From contig OZ024753.1 in the NCBI GenBank assembly GCA_964016885.1, positions 43,338,001-43,402,000 of the forward strand: a DNA stretch of 64,000 nucleotides, given 5' to 3'. Below, piece after piece: positions 54,973 to 64,000 of the stretch (positions within the stretch are counted from its first letter, which is position 1; every line of letters begins with the position of its first letter). This DNA is from Eledone cirrhosa. Lineage: Eukaryota. The position numbers and the translations under genes are program-made. The notes beneath the pieces are model-generated. The model made no database searches, was not told the origin of the DNA, and was given only the letters and a program-made list of their open reading frames with translations.

Positions 54973-55602
54973 CAAATAAACAGGGAAAATAAGATGGAAA
55001 AAGGTAGACAATTGAAGAAACAGTTTAAGAGAGGTTAAAGCAAAGTAAACAAAACATGAAAATAAAAAAAGACACATGTTCAATAAAATATATTCATGGA
55101 AACGTAAATATGCTTGTACAATAAATGTATTTATGTCCAATGAAAAGGATTGGATGTTTCAGGTTAAATTCTTTATTGGAATAGAGTAAAAGAAGAAAAG
55201 AATAATTGTTAAATAAGAAATGTGTTAGAACAGTACCAAGTTAAACCATTATATAGACCTTTTATATTATATATGTACCTATGATATATATACACACACA
55301 TATATACACACAGACATTATAAAGAGAGAGAGAGACAATCCCCACCATTTCTCTATCTCATTAATTCTATCTCTATTATTTCTATCTTTTATTTCGACAT
55401 CTCTCCCTCTATTCCCCGCTATTCCCCGCTCTTCCCCCTCTTCCCTCTCTCTCCCCCTCTCTCTACTCACACATATGTATATACGTATGTAGATGTATGA
55501 TGCATATATATATGTTGATGTTTATGTGTATATATGATGTATATAAGTAGATGTATGCTTGTGTGTATGCATGTTGAGTATGTGTATATATACATACATA
55601 CA

Positions 55603-55654
<52 letters not shown>

Positions 55655-56998
55655 TACATATAAGTAGATGTATGCTTGTTTGTATCTATGTTGAGTATGT
55701 GTATATATACATATATGTATGTGTGTGTATATATATATATATGTATGTGTGTGTATATATATATATGTATGTGTATATATATATATATGTATATATACAC
55801 ACATACTCAACATAGATACAAACAAGCATACATCTACTTATATATATATACACACACACATACATATATGTGTGTGTGTGTATATATATATATATATAAG
55901 TAGATGTATGCTTGTTTGTATCTATGTTGAGTATGTGTGTATATATACACACACACATATATATATATATATTATATATATATATATACACACACATACA
56001 TATAAGTAGATGTATGGTAAGTTGGTATACAGTTGGATCGATATCTGTATATAGTTGTTTTGTTTTTGACACTTTGAATGAGGAATTTGAAGAATATATT
56101 CCTGTATTTCATGTATTTTTCTAACAATAAAAATAAACACCCTTTTTTATCTGAGAACAAAGGATTATTGAATCAATGGATGCTTCTTCTACATTATTGG
56201 TTTAGCATAATTCTCTCAAATAGACACTACATTGACTGTTGATAACATCATTCTTAATGCACATTCTCTTATATATATATACATATATATATATATACTT
56301 ACATATACACACATATATACATATATATATATACTTACATATATACTTACATATATACACATATATACATATATATACATATATATATATACACATATAT
56401 ACATATACACATATATATATATATACACATATATACATATACACATATATATATATATACTTACATATATACACATATATACATATATATATACTTACAT
56501 ATATACACATATATACATATATATATACTTACATATATACACATGCATACTTACACATATACGTACATACATACACACATATACTCACATATGCATACAT
56601 GCATACATATATGCATGCATACATACATTCACATGCATACTTACATACATGCACACATACATATACTCACATATACATACATACATGCATACTTACACAT
56701 ATACATACATGCATATATATATACTCACATATACATATATACATACATGCATATATATACTCACATATACATTCATACATACACATATACTCACATATAC
56801 ATATATACATACATATACTTACAGGTATATATACATACATGCACATATACACATATATACATACTTGCATACATGGACTCATATACATACATACATGCAT
56901 GCAGACATACATACACATATGCATACCTGTTGAAATATATACAGCACACACACATACATATATTTTACATACATGCACCTACACATGTACAGGCATTT

Positions 56999-58050
56999 AT
57001 ACATGTCTGTTAAAATATATACATCTGTATTTATACATTTATACATGTCTGTTAAAATATATACACCTATATTTATACATTTATACATGTCTGTTAAAAT
57101 ATATACATCTGCATTTATACATTTATACATGTCTGTTAAAATATATACATCTGTATTTATACATTTATACATGTCTGTTAAAATATATATGTCTGTTAAA
57201 ATATATACATCTGCATTTATACATTTATACATGTCTGTTAAAATATATACATCTGCATTTATACATTTATACATGTCTGTTAAAATATATACATCTGCAT
57301 TTATACATTTATACATGTCTGTTAAAATATATACATCTGTATTTATACATTTATACATGTCTGTTAAAATATATACATCTGCATTTATACATTTATACAT
57401 GTCTGTTAAAATATATACATCTGTATTTATACATTTATACATGTTTGTTAAAATATATACATCTGCATTTATACATTTATACATGTCTGTTAAAATATAT
57501 ACATCTGCATTTATACATTTATACATGTCTGTTAAAATATATACATCTGTATTTATACATGTCTATTAAAATATATACATCTGCATTTATACATTTATAC
57601 AAGTCTGTTAAAATATATACATCTGTATTTATACATTTATACATGTCTGTTAAAATATATACATCTGCATTTATACATTTATACATGTCTGTTAAAATAT
57701 ATACATCTGCATTTATACATTTATACATGTCTGCTAAAATATATACATTTGTATTTATACATATATACATGTCTGTTAAAATATATATATCTGTATTTAT
57801 ACATTTATACATGTCTGTTAAAATATATACATCTGCATTTATACATTTATACATGTCTGTTAAAATATATACTTCTGCATTTATACATTTATACATGTCT
57901 GTTAAAATATATACATCTGCATTTATACATTTATACATGTCTGTTAAAATATATACATCTGCATTTATACATTTATACATGTCTGTTAAAATATATACAT
58001 CTGCATTTATACATTTATACATGTCTGTTAAAATATATACATCTGCATTT
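56999..58050. repeat. 42-bp minisatellite, about 25 copies
   Basis: atacatgtctgttaaaatatatacatctgcatttatacattt; two more copies at about 58490-58577. Confidence 0.95.
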
Positions 58051-61000
58051 GTCAGCTCCATCATGTAGAGCTAATTTTTAATGTCCTGCCAGCCAGGCTG
58101 CTATTTTTAGCGGCAGGGAATTTCGAGACAAGCTGTGTTCCGAATGACACGTGCGATAATTCATATTGTACACAATTCAATCTCTAATATTTTTAGAAGT
58201 AAAAGGATCACTAATTTCTCAACAACTACTGAGGAGCAGAGAAACGTGAGAACATCACTTAATAAGATGTTGCGAAACAGTCTGCAATACTGTCTAGTTG
58301 TTACCAGGCATTTTTGCCCAATATAGGTCTGTTATTTTTCTTAATTTTTCTTAATTTAATATTTAAAGTTAAGGATAACATACCATATTGCTGTAGTTAG
58401 TATTTTTTCACCCTAGCAAATTTGGTCCTTACGATTCGAACATATGTATGTTTATATTAGTGTTCATCTCTTTTGTTTATTCAATTATAAATCTGCATTT
58501 ATACATTTATGCATGTCTGTTAAAATATATACAACATCTGCATTTATACATTTATGCATGTCTGTTAAAATATATACACACATGTATATATATATATATA
58601 TATACACACACAATGTATTATTCAACATAGACACACATTAAGTCACACACACACACATTCAAACATACACATTCTTCTGAAAAATAAGGAACCACAAACA
58701 TACACACATATATATATATATTATTCAGCATAGCCAAACACAAAAATACAATTATGTATAACTATATATATATACATACACATAAATATGCATAAGTTGT
58801 ATATGATATATAATTTTAACACATTAGACATAGCATGTATATGTAATACGTGTATATATATATACAACATATAATACATGTATATATACACAACATATAA
58901 TACATGCATATTCACAATGTATAATACATGTATATATACATCATATATATACACACCGTATAATACATGTACATATACACAACATGTAATATATATATAT
59001 ACAGAACGTGTAATACATGTGTGTGTATATATATATATACACACATAATACATGATATACAATGGTTGTATATATAATGAGACATATACATCCATCTTAT
59101 ATAGATAGCAGACAATATGTTCCCATCTTGTACAGCAGACATATGTAATTGAAGATAAGAACAGGAGATAACTAACAGATATCTTGGACACCATCCACAA
59201 ATGTAAATAGCTGCATAGATGAACACATATTTAATTATAAGAACATTAAATAAGGAATGTTTATTCACGAATGTTGTGAAGGAAAAACATTTTTATTAAA
59301 CACGTTTTTTGCCAATTTGCTTGTTTCTGTGAAGGGTCGTCTGCAAGACTTGGCTGTCTATAACATGATAATATCTTCTTCTTTGCCTACTTATTCTTTA
59401 GAGGGCCCTGATGGTAAAATGTGGTAAAAAGAAACCTCTCAGGAGAGCTGGATGGCAGAGGGTCTTCAGAAAAGAAGCCATTCACAAGAAAGTCTTTTGG
59501 CCTTCAAACTCTCCTTCCAGTGGGTCCAGGCATGTCCTGACAGAAGTAGCTATCTCCAACTGATCCCCAAGTGAGACCAGCCAAGCTCATGAATGTTATC
59601 CAACCATCTTGATAGGAGTTTATCCCTGGGTCTCCTATCTGTTGGTTTTGCCCATAAAATCTGTCCAGTGATTCTTTCCTGGTTTTTAGAATAGGTGTAT
59701 TTTATCCTTCTGCGTTGTACAAAGCAACTAAAAGAGCATCCAGCAGTAAAACATTGTCTCAAACCATCCTGTCAAAGTCATACCAACATGGAGAAATGAA
59801 TATAAAAATAGTGATGATACCAAGCTGATGGGAACTACCCCTGGTCATGAGACAAAACTGATTATTTTAAAGTATTAATATTTATCAGAAACTCCTTCAC
59901 AACAATTTCATGTAAGGAGCTTTGTTATATCTCAAACACCAGCTTAATAATAAGAAAGTTAATGATATTATTAAATCCTCCAAATTTTTGATTATCTTTC
60001 AAATTATTTGAAAATCCTAGGCAGTGTCTTTCATTAGATATATGTAAAGGATTAAATTTCTTTCAAGATATATCACACTTCACATATTTCTCAGTTTATA
60101 AACATATCATGTGTGTAATTTGTAGCAACAAGCTCATAAAAAAATTCAGTTTCAGAAAGAAATATCACCCCCAATATCACAGTTGAAAAATTAGCGAGGT
60201 CAACTAATTAATACGTGTTAAGGAAACATCTTAAGTTCTCTAACTAGAATACTAATAAGGCTTGGTATGTTGGCTTCTTAGACTAAGCTGAATATTTTAA
60301 AGGCACAACTTCAATATCTAATTAAAAATGCAAATTAACTAATTATATATTCAAATCTGTAACATTCATATTAGGCTCTATAATATTTCAAATTTTTAAC
60401 TGGGTTATATTCCTCAATAAGGACTTTTTAAGTGATAGGAGCAGACTTCAGTACTGGACTGCTATTTTATTGACCTTAAAAGGATGAAAGACAAAATTGA
60501 TCTATTCATTAACAAACCTGTTCTCTAAGGGCCGAAAGACTTTCTTGTGAATGGCTTCTTTTCTGAAGACTCTCTGCCATCCAGCTCTCCTGGGAATTTT
60601 TTTTACCACATTTTACCATATTTGAATAAGAAAACAAAGGAAGCTTTATCATCAGTTCAGACCAAAGAAATAAGGTTTCCATGAATTTGGCTATCTGCCA
60701 GTTGCAGCTCCTGGTAGAAGTGCCATCTGTTGTTTGGTCCCTAAAAGCAGGACTTAAACTTAGAATAAATAGAACCAGATGTGATACCACAAATTATTAT
60801 GTCTGTTGCTTTAACAATTCTGTGAATTCATTGCCCTGGTCTGCTACTTGAAAGGATTAAAGGTAAAGCTGAGCTCAGCAGAATTTAAACTGGTTTGTTG
60901 AGTACTCGGTTGTTAAATAAAGTCTTGATAATGGATGCAGCATAGTAAATGAAAGGATCCATCCATCCATGAGTATTGTAGGGGAAACTATTGTAACATA

Positions 61001-61750
61001 CAGCATGTTTTGGGGGCATTTTAAACCTGACAGATCCCCACCCCACCCCATTGAAAAGTAATAAATTACTGAATATTCACCTCTGTTGAGCTGTCTAATC
61101 AGCTCAGGTAGCCGTGGCTAACACACATACATCACACACACACACACTATAATACACACACAACACACTATAATACACATACACACAACACACTATAATG
61201 CACGCACATCACACACACACATATAACACACACCACACAACACACACCACACACGCACCACACACATATAACACATCACACACATACACAAGACGACACT
61301 AAAACATATATATGCACAACACAACATACACACATCACACACACACATCATGCCAAAAACAACAACACACAGACAAACACACAAACATATACAGAAATGC
61401 ATGCCTGAATTTATTTGCCATGTATGCATATATGTGTGAAAGTTTGTGTACTCTTGCATGAAGCTTAAAATACTTTTTTGTATGCAAATCCCCTGAACAT
61501 ATGCCTGTGTGTAGAGAGAGAATAATTTTTACTCTGTTGCTGACACAGTATAACACAACAAACAGAAGCTGTTTCCTCGCCTTTTCAATGAAAGCTATTA
61601 TATAGTATATTGGGAAAATATGTAAAAAATGCTATTATAGACTAGCAGAATATCTTGGGTTGTTATTACAGATTTTGTCTACATATAACTAAGAGCAGCT
61701 AATACTTTTATCTCCGTTCTATTGATTTTTCATTCCTATCTTCCACGTTT

Positions 61751-62181
61751 CTCATCGGTTAGACAACGAATAGAGCGAGAGAGAAGGGGGGGAGACTCAT
61801 TGGTTAGACAACGAATAGAGACAGAGAGAAAAGGGGAGACTCATTGGTTAGACAACGAATAGAGCGAGAGAGAGGGGGGAGGGGGAGACTCGTTGGTTAG
61901 ACAACGAATAGAGCAAGAGAGAGGGGGAGACTCATTGGTTAGACAACGAATAGAGCGAGAGAGAGGGGGAGGGGGAGACTCATTGGTTAGACAACGAATA
62001 GAGCGAGAGAGAGAGGGGGAGGGGGAGACTCATTGGTTAGACAACGAATAGAGAGAGAGAGGGGGGAGGGGGAGACTCATTGGTTAGACAACGAATAGAG
62101 CGAGAGAGAGGGGGGAGGGGGAGACTCATTGGTTAGACGAATAGAGAGAGAGAGAAAGACTCTCATCGGTTAGACAACCAA
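61751..62181. repeat. 38-50 bp minisatellite, 10 copies, CCAAT-containing
   Basis: ctcattggttagacaacgaatagagcgagagagagggggaga. Confidence 0.9.
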
Positions 62182-62352
62182 TATATATTGGTATAGGGTC
62201 GGATGCCGTTCTTTGCAGCAAAGAGTTACGGCCCTTTATGGTCTGCGTTGAAATCTTGCCGAGGTTAACTTTGCCTTTCATCCTTACGAGGTCGATAAAA
62301 TAAAGTACCAGTAATACACTGGGATAATTGCTGGCCTTGTGCCAAAAGTAGA

Positions 62353-62399
<47 letters not shown>

Positions 62400-62443
62400 A
62401 AGTTAAATAAAAGTCAAATGATTAAAATTTAGCTTCGTTTATT

Positions 62444-62498
62444 ACTGCTATATATATTTCAGTGACAGCCATCTTTGGCTGTGACCTCTTCAGGCAGT
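62444..62498 (-). ncRNA. Type I hammerhead ribozyme in a TA-embedded insert (about 62394-62685)
   Basis: actgc-CTGAAGA-ggtcacagcca aaga tggctgtcact-GAAA-tatata-TA-gcagt-aataaa. Confidence 0.85.
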
Positions 62499-63806
62499 TT
62501 GAATTAGTATGGTATAGGCAAGTACATATGTTGTTTAGGTGTATGATATTGTCAATACTCTGATATGCCCAGTTCCTTGCTGGGTTGTTAATTCACTGGG
62601 GAACTGGAGTCATATGAATTCAAACAAACGAATTTTAGTGTCACAGGTCCCCTTCTCCTCTCATTGGTCAGTTATTAGTGTTGTCTATATATATATATAT
62701 ATAGAAATGCCAGTAGAAGGAAGATGTAGTAGAGCAAGACTAAGAAAGACATGGGCGGAGGTGGTGAGAGTGGACCTCAGATCGCTGAAGCTCACGGAGG
62801 AGATGACGAAGGACCGTGACAAGTGGAGAGATGCTGTGCTGAATAGGACCCGTCCCACCCTTGCAAGCAGGGAAAAGTGGATGTAAAATGATGATGATGA
62901 TATATACAGACAGAGAGAGAGAGAGAGAGAGAGGCCCATACCATCATAATCTACTTTCATATAACATTTTAAAACATCGTTTTACTTCTACTACCATAAT
63001 AATAATAATGATTTCTTATATAGGCACAAGGCCAGCAATTTTGGGTGAGGTGAAAAATCGATAAAATTGACCCCCAGTGCATTACTGGTGCTTTATTTTA
63101 TTAACCCTATAAGGATGATAGGCAAAGCTGACCTTGGCAATATTTGAACTCAGAATGTAAAAGGCCATAACTCTATGCCTCGAAGCAGGATATCTGACAC
63201 TCTGATAATGGTTTCTGGTTGAGGCACAACACCAGCAGTTTCGAGGGGAAGGGGACAGTTGATTATATCAACCCCAGTATTAAACTGGTACTTTATTTAT
63301 ATTAACTTTAGAAGGATGAAAGGCAAAGTTGACCTCAGCAGGATTTGAACTCAGAAGGTAAAGGGCCGTAACTAATGATCCTGGTAATCCACAGCAATAA
63401 TATACCAGCCAGCCATAGAACCTCTGTTGCCACTTCCATCCTGCCATCTATCTCAATCATGAGCCAGGACTTGGATTGTCACCAAGTCCTTACTGTACCA
63501 TTCTATGAGGTTTCCTCACCTAAATTGTTTCTTAACATAACAACCCATCTCACCCATGCAAGCATGGAAAAATGGACATTAATCGATGATGATGATACAC
63601 ACACACACATATCTTTCTATCTATCTATCTATCTTAATAAAGAAACATATCTATCTATCTATCTATCACACACACACACACACACACATATCCCAGGTTC
63701 AATCGGAGGTAACCACAGTAAGTAAGGTACTCAATACTTAGCAAAATATAAATATTTAATATAGAAATAGCTTCAACAGGACTAGAACCATATTACTTGG
63801 ACAGTC

Positions 63807-63857
63807 GGCTTCCTGATGATTTCTCCCGAATAAAACAGTTCTAGTCCTGTAGAAGCC
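63807..63857 (+). ncRNA. Hammerhead fold with GAAA>AAAA change (probably inactive)
   Basis: ggcttc-CTGATGA-tttc tccc gaat-AAAA-cag ttctagtc ctg-TA-gaagcc. Confidence 0.6.
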
Positions 63858-63873
63858 ATATATATATTTTATA

Positions 63874-64000
63874 TCATCATCATCGTTTAACTTCCACGCT
63901 AGCATGGGTTAGACGGGAATTGTCCCACTTGAGGCAAGATTGATCGGGTGACTGTCTCTCGCTCGTATAGGTCTGTCTGGCAGGTTTTCTATGACTGGAT
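63874..64000 (-). mobile_element. RTE LINE 3' end running off the window
   Basis: catcatcatcgtttaacttccacgctagcatgggttagacgggaattgtccc; same family as 12697. Confidence 0.85.

Noticed and set aside
56239-58068. 609-aa ORF and other YI/HT/CV-rich ORFs
   Set aside because: Dinucleotide and 42-bp repeat artefacts.

Overview
AT-rich eukaryotic DNA dominated by repeats. The repeat families (RTE-type LINE ends with CAT tails, two tRNA-derived SINEs, TTAA-flanked piggyBac-like MITEs, huge TA/CA/CAC microsatellites) look like those of an octopus-type cephalopod, which is an inference. No intact host gene is recognisable. Nearly all long ORFs in the track are microsatellite or minisatellite artefacts. 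The real protein-like stretches are decayed transposon pieces: RTE RT with a PHD-like finger, a hAT transposase and an R4-like REL endonuclease. The main signal is a set of short (about 170-450 bp) non-coding inserts embedded in (TA)n tracts that carry type I hammerhead ribozyme (HHR) motifs. Four have intact cores (34100-34140, 39224-39290, 42058-42123, 62444-62498). Three have variant cores (9234-9268, 41110-41204, 63807-63857), and several are half-ribozymes folded into palindromes (10556-10745, 33481-33600). This fits Penelope-like/retrozyme-type elements that favour TA microsatellites. Several minisatellites were also seeded from defined SINE and MITE segments. All calls are by eye, and element boundaries are approximate.
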